A stretch of DNA of 64,000 nucleotides, taken from the NCBI GenBank assembly GCA_964270895.1, contig OZ185440.1; one strand, written 5' to 3'. The DNA comes from Podarcis filfolensis (lineage: Eukaryota). A program made the translations under genes and the position numbers. The notes below the pieces were generated by a model. That model did not search any database and was not told where the DNA came from. It was given only the letters and a program-made list of their open reading frames with translations. Below are positions 49,951 to 61,978 of this stretch, piece by piece (positions within the stretch are counted from its first letter, which is position 1; each line of letters opens with the position of its first letter).

Positions 49951-50312
49951 AAGGTAAAGGTACCCCTGCCCGTACGGGCCAGTCGTGTCCGACTCTAGGG
50001 TTGTGCGCCCATCTCACTTAAGAGGCCGGGGGCCAGCACTGTCTGGAGACACTTCCGGGTCACGTGGCCAGCGTGACGAAGCTGCTCTGGTGAGCCGGCA
50101 CCAGCACAGCACACGGAAACGCTGTTTACCTTCCCGCTATAAAGCGGTACCTATTTATCTACTTGCACTTAGGGGTGCTTTCTAACTGCTAGGTGGGCAG
50201 GAGCTGGGACCGAAGGACGGGAGCTCACCCCGCCGCGGGGATTCGAACCGCCGACCATGCAATTGGCAAGCCCTAGGCACTGAGGTTTTACCCACAGCGC
50301 CACCCGCGTCCC
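49951..50312 (-). mobile_element. Sauria SINE, full length and relatively young
   Basis: Minus strand starts GGGACGCGGGTGGCGCTGTGGG, has B-box GGTTCGAATCCC and ends ...ggggtacctttacctt. An 11-bp TSD tttgagagcta lies at 49939-49949 and 50318-50328. Confidence 0.95.
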
Positions 50313-52849
50313 TTTTTTTTGAGAGCTAAGTGTGGTGTAATTTGCTCTGATTCATGCAAAGAAGCTATCACACACAGTAGTGACTATTTAAAAAGTACTA
50401 CAGTGTGGCTGTTCCATGTAGCAAGCAGTTCATTTCCCTCAAAGAGGTTTGTGATTAAAAGTGACAGGTCTACGTGACAATCAGCTTCACAGGAATGGCT
50501 TCTAAGATGCCCTGTTTTATGACTCAGGTTCCTCGCCTGTTTCTATGGCCATATTATGTGTTTTTTATACTGAGTCAGAGCACTGATCCACCTGGGCCAG
50601 TGCTGCCTGCTCCAATTGGCAGCAACAGTTACCTGTGTTTTAGGAAGTGGCCTTTCCTAGTCCAGTTTACCTGTGAACCCTTTAACTAGAGATGCTAGGA
50701 ACTGAACCCTTCAGCATGTGCTTAAGCACTGAGCCATGATTCCATCCCCCCAAAAAAACACATTAATTGATCAGCAGTTTATGCTCAGGCTAACTCCATT
50801 ATCTGTTAGATGTTCCTCACAGAGGACACAGTGATTGGATGAAGTCAGCATTAGGACTTCATTCTTTATGGGCCAGTATGAGTAATTGATCTTTACAGTT
50901 ATATGGAAACAAGTGTGGGCTTGAACTATTTGAGCACTGAAATATCCCAAACAGGGAATAAAGGAGGGTGCAAAGGATTGTGAAGTATGGGTGAAACAAT
51001 GAGAGCTATAGAGAAATTTAGTATTTGCTTTGGATCGTACTTGAAACTATAGTATAGTATTTGGTTCTAACAAGCTTATTCCATATGCTCATTATCCCAT
51101 CATCCTTAATAAATCCCCCCTTTTAAAATTTACGGAACTTGGACACAAATAGGGCAAACAGGCTAGATAAACTGGCTGACTTCAAGGGGTTCTGAGCCTA
51201 TGGTGGCAACAACCCCTTCTCAGCTTCCTATATTTTTGAAAGGGCACTGAGATTGAAACTGGCACTGTTGTGATCCTCTGTGACTAAAGACAAGGCTGAT
51301 TAAAATGCTGAGAATTTATTTGTGGATCCGCAGCAATGTAGTGGTTTTGCTTGAGACAGCAAAGGGAGCTCACTTGAGTTAGTTTTGCCTCTGACCTGGA
51401 ACTTGAACCAGTAGGGTGCCCTTGGTTAGAAATGATGCAAATATGACACATTAGAATTTGAATAGAGTTTCTTAATCTGCTGTATTTTATTCTGATTGCA
51501 GGTTTTGCAAAATATTATTCTAAAAAAGTAGTAGAGAAAATTATAGGGAAAATACCACAAGGAGATGCTATTATCCAAACTATATCCTGCTTCAACATTC
51601 CCCTTGCCCTGGCTGCCTTTTAAATACATCAAACTTATCAGAAATGTGACAAATTCAATGTTGTCTAAGAAAAATGTATTTAAAAACCAAGTGCAATTCT
51701 GTGAGGAGTGTGCATTTACAGGAAAGACAGAAAGCTGTGTCCTGGGACAATGAGGAACCTCTCTGAAATGAAATGTGGCAAAACTGTTAGTGTGGATCCT
51801 GCCTAAGTTCTCCACCTTTTGCAAAACTGATAAGGTCATTTTGAGAATAACTGAAGCGATATATATTGTAAAACATTATGCATGCTAAAGCTTAAACTAG
51901 TACCTTACATTTGTACATTCATGCATCCTGTTTTAGGATGCAGGACAGCAGCCTAAAATTGCTACATTTGTGGTTAATAATAAAGGATCAGAAGGCAGAG
52001 AGGATATTGGGGTGGGGAGAAGGGGATGAGTGTTTCCCATGAGACCAGTCTTCTTTACTTCATGCAGCTCTGTGTCCCCATTGGCACAGGTGCCTTTTAG
52101 TGATTTTGTTCCTTTGTAAATAATGAGGACTAGAAACATGTTGCTTTAAAACGCTTCTATTTTTATTCTTGTATTCTTGCATTTTTATTCTTGTATTTTT
52201 ATTCTTGTTGCTTTCTGTTTTGTATTCAGTATAAGATGTCAAAAAGTGGAACCAAATCAGACACAACCAAATAATATCTAATATCATAAATATGGCTTAA
52301 AGGAAGCTAGTGTTCATGCAGTTGTGAAGAATCCCAGGACTGTCTATCTGTGATAAAGGGCCTGGGCATTCATGACAGTTTTAGACCTCCAAACTACTGT
52401 TTCTTTTTCTACAAGGAAGTGAAATAATAGAAATCAGCTGTGCTTGCTTCTGAATAAATGAGTGTAGGTGAAGCTGGGGCATATGCTGTCTTTCACTGGT
52501 CCATCTTGGGGGGAAAAGCTCCTGAACCTTGAAGAACCTGCCTCAGCCTACAAGAGGCATTGGTCTAAGAAAAATGCGCTCTGGCCTAACTTGCCTTTCA
52601 TTTTTGCCCTGGAAGTCTGCAGATCAGCTGCCAGTGGATGCTGAAAAGGCTTTAAGTCAGGAGATAATGCTTGACTAGATCCAGAAAGCACCTGTCTTTC
52701 CTGTGATAACCAGTCCACTCTGACCTGTGATACGTTGGGGATGCTCTTGAGAAAAACCTGAGAGAAAGCTGGCCCATGGAAGGGGTGAAGGGGCTGAGAC
52801 TGATGTGAGTGAGGTGTGAAGCACAGGTGCAAGCCTGTGCCTCATGGAC

Positions 52850-54380
52850 AGTGGGGGGCATCTTGGTGCTCTCTCAACAATACAGCCATCATCTGGCAGC
52901 TCATCGGTCACAGAGTGATGGATTTCAGTCTGGCGCTGGTTGTTAGCAAACTGGCAGGCAGCAAGGTTAGGACTTACAGGTATGATGGCAAGACAGAAAA
53001 CATCCTTATTTCCAGTTGCGTAGGCAGAGTTGTGAGATACTGTGACAGTGGGTGACGGCGCACAGGTTGTTTGAGCAGACTCTTTCGTTGGGTAACAAAG
53101 GCAAATAAAGGGAAGCCAGAAGCAAGGCAGGCAGCCCAATGAATGTCCTCCCCCACCCCCCCCCCAGTGCCGAGAGCTGTTGTACAAAGAGAGCAGCGAT
53201 ATTATTCATTAACAGGAATCTGCCATTCCAGCAGTGACAAATGGCCTCTCGCTGCCTCTGCATCAGCTCCTGTACAGACCATAAAGCATGGGGACAGCTT
53301 AAATATGGACCTGCTCAGCGCAGGCCATTGGGTGATCCGTCTTGGTGGCTATAATGCAGGTGCAGCCAGCTTCACTCCAAATGAGCACATTTCCCAAGGC
53401 CGGGCGCAGAGACCAGTTAGTTCCAGCATCTCATTGGGATTTCATGAGGGACTGTTTCAGCATCTCTAGCCTCGCTGTCCCTACTGTGCAGGGTCATCTG
53501 TTGCACACACTTCACATTTGGGTCTGTGTCTGCATCTGCTGGGGCCAGAATCTAAACTCTCCTTTACACAAGGGCAGGGCAGGCTTTAGCCTTTTAGCCA
53601 TGTTAACTATAAAGTTGTTGCCCTGTCCCCATGCTTGACCAACTCATCTTTTTGTTTTCCACACACAGCCCAGAGGGGTCCACCTTTTCTGAAATTCTAG
53701 GAGTGTCTCTCATTTCCCCCTCTTTCCTTTCCTCAGGGGCTGGGACCCTAGATAATCAACTCTTAAGACCACCAGATTTTGTTTGTTTTTTCCTTAGCAG
53801 AGCTTTGGTCCTTCTTTGGGGGCTGCCACCAGTGCTATGCTACCGTTTGCAAACATTTTTCTTTTTGGAGGGGTGCAGATGGGAGGATTCACTGCGTTCA
53901 AATGGGGAATTGGGTTGCCTAAAACAAATGGTCCACTTTGAGAGACAGCACCACACTCTAGGCAGAGTAACCCTGGGTTGACCCCATCCATACGCACCCC
54001 TAAATCAATTGCATCTTATTATTACAATATCAATATACAATATTCCAACAATAACAACATTGATTTTCCAGCCAGAGGCTGCACCCCAGCCTGTTTTAAA
54101 GAGGAGGGAGTAAATAGCAGCCCTCATTAAAAATCTATAGATTGCCCCCTCCCACCAGCCTCCTTCCCCTCCCAAAAAGAGAAAAAGCAGTTTATATTCA
54201 TTAGAGCTATTGAATATAAAGTAATATGTTTGTGTTGGACATTGGGGTAATGTGATAATCTGTCCGCATATCAGAGAGAAATCCACTTAGCAGCGCTGTC
54301 AGCTTGACAAGAAAAATGGGCCCATAAAGCTGGCAAATACATTGCGGGGAAAGAGCTAAGCATGTGCGTTTTGTGTGTTT
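52850..54380. promoter_or_regulatory. Putative conserved non-coding blocks (52850-53480 and 53990-54380)
   Basis: Motifs tattattcattaa, taaatcaat, cccataaa and gctgtcagcttgaca, with CpG retention. Confidence 0.4.
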
Positions 54381-55329
54381 GGGAGCCATTCTGTGCCAGT
54401 GGGCAGGCCTACAAAGGGAGCATTTGTCAGTTCTGAACAAACGTGTGGCATTCTCAGCTGGGGAGGTGGGATGGTTGGACATTTAGGAGTGAAGGTGCTC
54501 AGTTGTGTAGGTCTCTGTCTTTATGGTTGTGGATGTTCCCCACATGGCAGGCCTTTCTTTTTATGGCTCTTACACAGATTCAGCTAAGATTGTTGTAGTG
54601 CCAGGATGGCCTCTCCCTGCCTTCTGCTTAAAGCAACCAGGTTCACCCACCTGGTGCAAATGCAGCAAGGAATCATTGCAGTGGAAGAAAAGGTAGCAAT
54701 ATTGGCTGAGGGTGAGCAGTTCCAGTATCAATCAGATGGCTCCGAATTGTTCACTTCTCTCTATCAAGACAAGGTAGCTTGGGTGTGAGTCCAGAGGTTT
54801 GGTTTCATTTTGTGCAATCTGATATATTCTCTCCAAGCTGGCTCTGTGTGACTCTCTCAGGGTGTTGGATGGTAGTGGAAGAATTCATCACTGGTCCAAC
54901 TTAGTTGTGGAAGGAATATAGTATAGGATACAGTGACATGCAAAGGATATCTTTTTAGGAGAACTTTCTCAAAGTCTTTAATTTGTTTGCAAGGAAGTAT
55001 TAAAAGTACAGGAAAGAGGAATGTTCAGAAACCCTTCAACCCACCATGCAAAGGATGAGCACAAGCAACAAAGTCATTCAAATTGGGGTGAGACAATATA
55101 CCCTGCAAGAGCAAACTGAACCAGGTCTGGCTATAGTGCAGGGATTGCACAGCTAGACACGAGAGGGTCAAATTGTGTGGCTTTCCCTGCATTGAAGAGC
55201 TGGTTCAAATGTGGACAGTCTGGCATCTGTGTCTACCCTTGAAATGGATTGAGTGTCAGCAAAGGACCCAATGCTGCATGATCAGTGGCCTCCTATTCTT
55301 AGTTGCCATTTTTGTAGAAAATACTCTTT

Positions 55330-55690
55330 CAAGGTAACAACGAGGAGATTTAGGAGATTTCATATGGCTAATAATTCCCCAAACAGCCATCTGACGGTGT
55401 TGTTTTAAAAGCCGCTTAGTTTTTTGCTTTGGAGTTTATGAAAATCTCCCGCACTAATATCCCGGGAGCCAGCCTATAATTGTGTTATTAAATCAATCGG
55501 AGCGGATTACATTGTAAAATCAATAAGCGGCTGTAATTGCATATTAGAAAGTTGTTCGGCTGTTGTTGATTTTTTTGTACACGGATAATTGTAATAAGCG
55601 TGTTTACCTTCGTGCTGATTTGAAGTCAGTCTTGCTAAATGACTTGTGGCAAGTGAGCTTTGCAATGGCTTGTTAGGAGCCACCTGTACC
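55330..55690. promoter_or_regulatory. Putative conserved non-coding element (enhancer)
   Basis: About 13 CpGs in 360 bp of AT-rich sequence, with paired AAATCAAT sites and catatg, ggatta and taattg motifs. Confidence 0.5.
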
Positions 55691-56349
55691 GAGTGTCTGA
55701 AACACACCTGGCATAGTCTGGTTTAAGATAGAGGGGCACAAAAGAGTGTCCCGGGTGGGAAGGCTGGCAGCTTGGCTTTCTTTGCACTAACACAACCAAA
55801 TGGCACAGGATGTGGTCATAGCCAGAGTAAATTTGCCCAGAAAGAATAGCCCACAGATGGCAAGAAATTGAGAACAGTCAAAATGGGTCAGGCAAATGGC
55901 TTAGTATCCTGAATCTTCTTGCAATGGAAATTTATTTCACATATCCATGTGTGTTATGTAGTAGCTTCTCACTTGACCTGTTGCTCCCAGGCAAATTTGT
56001 GAATTACCTACATTGAAAACTTTTAAAATGGGAGATATAGGGCAATATGAAAGCTCTGACTGTAGCATTCAATCTGTGATGACTGTTTCACACATGCAAG
56101 TTGCAATATGATGTCAGAAATCAAAGAACTTGATGTGTGAGTATTCAGATTAATTCTGGATCTTTTAGTAGAAATGCGTAGCAGAACGTTACCCACATTA
56201 GGGTACTTCCAGTTGATCGCTTCTAGCTACTAGAGACCTAATAGAATCTGTATGGAGATCTGTCTATTGCCCATCTTTGGTGATCTCATTCAGACTGCCA
56301 CCTGTACTGGGATGCTATGTATAATAATTACTATAGTAATTAGTGTAAT

Positions 56350-56470
56350 GTATTCCAGGTGTTTAGAACTCTTCCTGTACTGTATCTCAATAATCTTTAC
56401 AACAGCCCTATGAATTAGACCAGTATAGTTATCACCACATTGCAGAAGAGGGTTTGCGGCTAAGATAAGA
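56350..56470 (-). mobile_element. MIR/core-like SINE remnant
   Basis: gtatctcaataatctttacaacagccctatg...tatagttatcaccacattgcag. Confidence 0.5.
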
Positions 56471-57869
56471 GAATCTTAAGGCAGACTTCCTCTGCCTTGG
56501 ATCCTCAGGTGTTTTCTCCTGCCTTGGGTGCTCAGGTATGGGATGACAACCCCCAGTATGGACAATGGTCGGGTGGTGGGGATCAAAGTTCAACATTTGA
56601 TGTAGAAAGGTCAGTATGGATTCAGTCAAGGGGCATACAGAGAGAGAAGACAATATTAACTGAAGATGGTCCAAAGGGGAGCAACCAAAACAGTGAGCTT
56701 TGGAAGCAAGAATCCCCCTCCCCAGATGTTTTCATTGTGTGTACCCACTGAGGAAATTACGAGTGGCTGAGCAGGTGTAGGTCAGTTTAGGTCAACTATA
56801 GAGGTTAAGGAATGAACATCTGGAAAGATAGCCTGCAGTATCCCCTTCAACAGGCACTGGGGGCATGAAAGAGCCGGTTCCAGAGGGTGTATGAAAGAGG
56901 AAGTCCCACTGTAGACAAGCAATAGGCTGAGACTCTTGACATTTCTATCTACTCAGATAAGGAGATCTCTCAAGAGAAGAGGGAACATACGGAGCCTACA
57001 GAACCAAGTCCATGTTTCTGTTCCACTAAGTCATAGTGGTTCCTCAGTTTTGCCTATAATTGTAAACAAAGTTTTTACCAGGGTCCATTGTTTAAGGTTT
57101 TTTTTTTGCCCCTTTGAAAATCTTTGCACATATCAAGAGAGACCATTGGTGGTGGTCTGCTTTCACCCATAGATTCCAAGAATATGAACCCCTCAGAGAT
57201 ACCCTCCACAATTCCTGACAACACAGGTTTCTTTAGCTGGAAATCAATGAGATGTTTTCAAGGGCAGAGAGGAATCAGAGCTCTTCAGGTAGAAAAACAT
57301 ACTGCAAGAATGTTGAACATCACCACGGATTTGACGAGCCATTAGACTTTGTACAAGGCAAAGAAGTTATGGGAGCTAATGTCCAGCAGATAATCAGACA
57401 TTTTGTACATCTAGAAGTGGATCTATTTGCTTCATATTTCAGCCATTAAGTAGAGACATACTTTGCCAGATAGCTGTACTAGGAAGCAGCTAATGCTCAG
57501 GTGTGCACATGACCAAACTTCTATCTTTATGCCTTTATGCCCTTCCTTCTGATTGAAGATCAGTAAGTTTGGTGAAAGTGATACTAGTAGTGACTTGTTG
57601 CAAATATGGCCAATCCCTGTTTTGAATGTGTTCTGGCTGAGCGTGGGTGAGACGTGAAGCTGATGGATGTTCCCCCACCCAATTCTTTTTGGGGTGTGCC
57701 TCAAACTCATAAACAGAGCAAATTAAGTGTTGAGCAGGCCAAAAATAGCCTACAGCTTCAACTGTAGGCTATTTGACTACTTGCAGCTACACACCACATA
57801 ACATGTTCCATTGCAATCTATCTTACTCTCTAGGGTACTCTTAAAGAAGTACTCTTCTGACTTTTTTCT

Positions 57870-57951
57870 GCAATCCTATCCCCACTTACCTAGATGTAAG
57901 CCTCACTGAATTCAATAGGACTTACTCCTGAGTAGACACGGTAAGGGTTGC
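57870..57951. mobile_element. Short palindromic squamate MITE-like element
   Basis: gcaatcctatccccacttacc...gtaagcctcactgaattcaataggacttactcctgagtag...gggttgc. Confidence 0.6.
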
Positions 57952-58329
57952 ATTGCAAATGGGCAAGCTCTGCTCATTATATAAGATCCTTTGCCCCCCT
58001 CCCATTTCTGTAGTCATTCTGCTGCTTCTTTGCAGCTGTTACCAATCTGACTAATTTATGCACCTTGGTGTATGCCGATTTCCATTTTTTTAAAACACAG
58101 AATTTTCATCTTCAAGTTGCTTTTGATAAAAAAATTCCTGGTTTTGTTAGCCTAGCTGTGTAAACTCCCAACGCAGTTGAACAGCAGAATGCCATCTGTT
58201 TCCCCCCAGTTGTGCTACCAGCATTCAATAGGTTAAGCAGGGGGAAGGTAGATGGGGGGCTGTTTCGTGTATCTGTTGACACCCTCCCCAAATACTCAAG
58301 CTCCTGCACTTTGGGGCCAAGACAGGTTG

Positions 58330-58960
58330 GGTGGCAGCTTCCTGCTCCATTCGGCCCCTGGCGTTCATTCCTCAGTCGGTGTGCCTGTCTCCTAGACAGT
58401 GAAATATGGCCACAATTAGCCCGGATACAGTTCAATTATGATAAACAGCGCTTGCACCCTTTAAGCCGTGATTAAAAGGCCTCCCCCCTTTGATAGAGAG
58501 ACCTAATTTCACATTATTATCGCTGCCGCTTGATTATAAAGCACTCCCTGGATTTACAGTTAAGAGACGGATGTGGAGGCGCTGCTTTATCATTTACACA
58601 TCAGTAATGATGCAGCTGTCCTTCTGCCACAACATCCATTTACTAGCAGGGGTGTGGGTGGGTGTTCTGCTTCCCTCCCCCCGTCAGAGTGGCAGCGCCA
58701 CCCCATGTCATCCAGGCCCTGCCTGCCACATGCAAGTGGGCAAAGTCACCCTTACGGTAACAGCGTGATGAATGGGCGCACACTAATGAAATGGAGACAT
58801 CAAGGCGTGGGGCGAGGAAGAAAGAGTGCTGATGGGAGGCAGCGGAGCTGTCCCGAGTCGGAGGGGAGCGGGAAGAAGGATCGCCTCGCCACCGTGTGCT
58901 GTCAAGGGAGAAATTACACATTTACTCTTGCTTTTTCTTAAGGAGACGGCCACCATAGAT
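58330..58960. promoter_or_regulatory. Putative conserved non-coding element (enhancer)
   Basis: CpG-rich and repeat-free, with caattag, tgattaa, ctaattt and taatga motifs. Confidence 0.45.
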
Positions 58961-61228
58961 CAAAACATGGATTTACAAGCCAATTTTCAACATGAAATAT
59001 AGACACCAGGAATCAATTTAAGGCTTGCTTCTATTTTAGCAAACTCTGCTTGCGTTTAGTCCCAGGTAAATAATGCGAGCCAGCCCAACCCTGCTTCCCT
59101 GTTAGTTCAGAAGAGAATGGAGCTTGCTCTACTTATCGGTCCATCCTTCCGTCATCCTTCCAATATAAAAGATGAGGAAAGGTGCAAGAGCTGGACTGGA
59201 ACTAGTGGGGGCCTGTGATGAAAGCCCACACCAAAAGTGTGCAGGAAACCTACATTTATAGCTGTTGCCCTAATCAAGGCTTTTTATTTAGTGTGTTGTG
59301 CAATACAGAACCTAGAATCTAGAAAATCTGAAATGCAACTTTAAAAGCATGTTTCTATCCCTCATTGTTGGTTTTTGAAAAGAAAGAAATGCGACCAGTT
59401 TCTGTTAATGCTTCAGGATGAAAAGATAGCTGAGTGGTGTTGCCAGGAGTTTTATCTTCTATTTCAAACATTTAGAGAATGTGAGGGATTCACAGCTTCC
59501 TTTCATGTCTCCAAACCCCTGCCCCCTTTGTTTTGTCAAAAAACCAAAAACAAATTCTGTTGATTTGCAATTTTTCATTTTGTATAAATTAGATAAACGG
59601 GCATTTTGCAGGGAAATTTACTTAGATCATCATCAAAATCTTTTGCACACCTAATTCAAAATATCTTGGTAGAACAGTAACACAGCTGAGTCCATGGAGC
59701 TGAGCCCTTTTCTTCGTCTTTACTGTTTTGATGGAGTCGCTCTAATGCTGGGACTGCCAACCCGGCTCCTGTGGGCCCCACAGCACCCACAAAGCCTTCC
59801 TTCTCCCTCCCCAATGCCCGATGCCTGCGGGTGGTGGGGCTGGTGACCCCCGTGAATATTTGTTTTATTTAGGTTGGGTGGGGATTGAAATGGTAGGCAC
59901 TCCCTTTGCTTGTGGATAGCCTTTTCTGAATGGGTGGGTGGATTGCTCAAGCATGCTCTGTGTGTGACTGAGAAAGGTGCAGTTGGGGAGAGGTGTACGT
60001 GTGGGGGAGATGGGAGTATATATGAATGTGGTGAGGGAGAGAAGGAAAGATGCACTTGGGCTGAGAGATGGGGAAAGATGGGCTTGCAATGTGGATGTAG
60101 TGAATGAGAGATGTGTGCATGTGATGCGTGTGCAAGAGTGTGGTGTAGCCACCCTGTATATTTTTCCTGGTACTGGGGAATGCTCCCTATTGTTATTAGA
60201 CAGCAACAGTATCACAGAGAGAGGGTCAATATCAGAACCAGCAGGACATAGCTCACTTCCTGTGGAAAACATGAGGTTGTCTTAGGGGTGGGGGAAAGCA
60301 GCAATAACTATGCTCTAGTTTTGTGTTAGGCCATGCTCCCACGGCAGCCATTTTGTGGCTGGCACCCATAGCACTTCCTCAGAATTTGAAATGTGGACAT
60401 TTTGACCACTGGGCCCTCGTCTAATGAGTGTTATTAGATCCCTCCACAGGTTTAGTGTTATTATAATGGAGCGCAACCATTGTATGGTGTTTGTTCTCTT
60501 TCTTTTGTGGTCAACCTGGCATTTAAGACTAGCAACTAAGATATGCACGCTCCAACGCTAGAAATCAGCAGGGCCACCCGGTGTTACAGAATGTGATTTC
60601 CCCCCAATAGGATGTGTCCCTGCTCACAAAACTGAAATTTTTCAATTTTCAAGTGGTCAGTATAACTCCCAAAGCTGTACAGTCATACAAAACTGCTCCT
60701 TGTTCATTTCTCTTTGAAGTGAGAAATTCCAAACTTCTATTTAACTATATTTCTAATGTTATAAAACAAATTAAATAATACAAACCTGCAATGTATGTTT
60801 TGTGTTCTCATATTATCTGTATGTATTTTTATGAGATATGAAATGAAAAATCTCCTTAAAATACTAAATCGAGGCTAGACTTAGCCTCAATTATATCATA
60901 TCAGGATTACCACATGCCATATTATTCCTGTTTCGAAGAGGAAGTAGTTGTTCCACTTGAATTGATACAAAAATGAGTAGCTGGTATATTGCAGCCTTGC
61001 TCTAAAGCAGTGGTCTTCCATTTTTCAAGAGCTGGGACCTACTGGAAACTCCCAGAGCTCATGCATGTGGGTGGGGGCACAGCCAAGCAGTAAAAGGATG
61101 CAGTCTAGGCTAGTTGGAGGAGGGATGTAAAACTGAATTAAACCATACCCCACTTTATTGGAAATGGCAGAATGCACCGTGAAGATCTACTTGCCATAGT
61201 CAGGAAGCTTAAGTAGGGCTGAGACAAA

Positions 61229-61468
61229 GGGCTCATCCACACTTCAGCTTTCCAAGAGGCTTTCTGCTTGTCCCATGCTTTTTCGGCACAGCTCTGAGCA
61301 GTTTTCCATTTGCCTTGCCTCTTTCCCCAGGAAAACCCACTCTTTACCTCTGAATCAGAGCAAACATCAACACGCCAAAATCCCGACTTGCATTTGCTCC
61401 GATTCAGTGGTAAAGAGCAGGTTTTCCCAGGGGAAAGTGGTGGGACAAGCAGAAGTGTGGACGAGCCC
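61229..61468. mobile_element. Palindromic MITE (PIF/Harbinger-like TIRs)
   Basis: TIRs gggctcatccacacttc / gaagtgtggacgagccc; inner arms 61321-61364 and 61393-61437 are complementary with 5 mismatches and 1 gap. Confidence 0.8.
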
Positions 61469-61749
61469 AGAGACAAGAAGCACATTCCATGCTGCCAGTA
61501 CTACCACAGCACATCTAGGGTGTGCATGAATCATAGAGGTGTTTGCATGCATGCATGCTTATGGGCACATATGTCTGTGAAAGGTCAGCATTTATGTGTG
61601 GATTGTTGTATGCCTATAAGCAGTGCTTTTTTTCCTGGGGGTACTCAAGGATACCCAATACTGGCAGCTTTTTTTCTAGAAGCAAAGCACTGCCTATAAG
61701 TATGGGGTATGTGTGTGATCCTTTTTTCCAAGCATTTTCGTACCTGTCC

Positions 61750-61855
61750 AATTCAACATTGTTTTATTTATGTTTTAATATGCTGTAAACCGCTGAGATT
61801 TTTCTTTCAAATATAAAGTGGTATAGAAATGAAATAAATAAGAAGAAGAAGAATA
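61750..61855 (+). mobile_element. L2-like 3' tail
   Basis: tgttttaatatgctgtaaaccgctgag...gtggtatagaaatgaaataaataa. Confidence 0.5.
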
Positions 61856-61895
61856 ACATGACCGTTCTCACGCCCTTTCTTCCTTTGACCGGCAG

Positions 61896-61978
61896 ATGAC
61901 TGCAAGAACATTGCCAACATCATGAAGACACTGGCTCACAGAGGGTTCATCTTCAAGCAGACCTCCAAGCCCTTTTGA
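61896..61978 (+). CDS. ERI3: ERI1 exoribonuclease family member 3, terminal coding exon (phase-1 start; (D)DCKNIANIMKTLAHRGFIFKQTSKPF*)
   Basis: Branch-point-like ctcAc (A at 61870), a pyrimidine tract and a CAG acceptor end at 61895. The frame AT GAC TGC AAG AAC ATT GCC AAC ATC ATG... ends in TGA at 61976-61978. The peptide matches the vertebrate ERI3 C-terminus as I recall it (human ...HSGIDDCKNIANIMKTLAYRGFIFKQTSKPF). Too short for the ORF track. Confidence 0.95.

Larger units (their letters stand above)
1..61895 (+). other. ERI3: Last intron of ERI3 (partial, more than 61.8 kb)
   Basis: Lies upstream of the terminal-exon acceptor. A by-eye search found no sequence encoding the preceding exon (AYSFAMGxWPKNGLLDMNKGLxLQHIGRPHSGI). 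Confidence 0.7.

Noticed and set aside
52158-52212. Degenerate tttttattcttgta repeats
   Set aside because: Simple slippage-derived low-complexity sequence.
59940-60150. C-poor, G/A-skewed stretch
   Set aside because: Low-complexity sequence with no definable repeat unit or coding signal.
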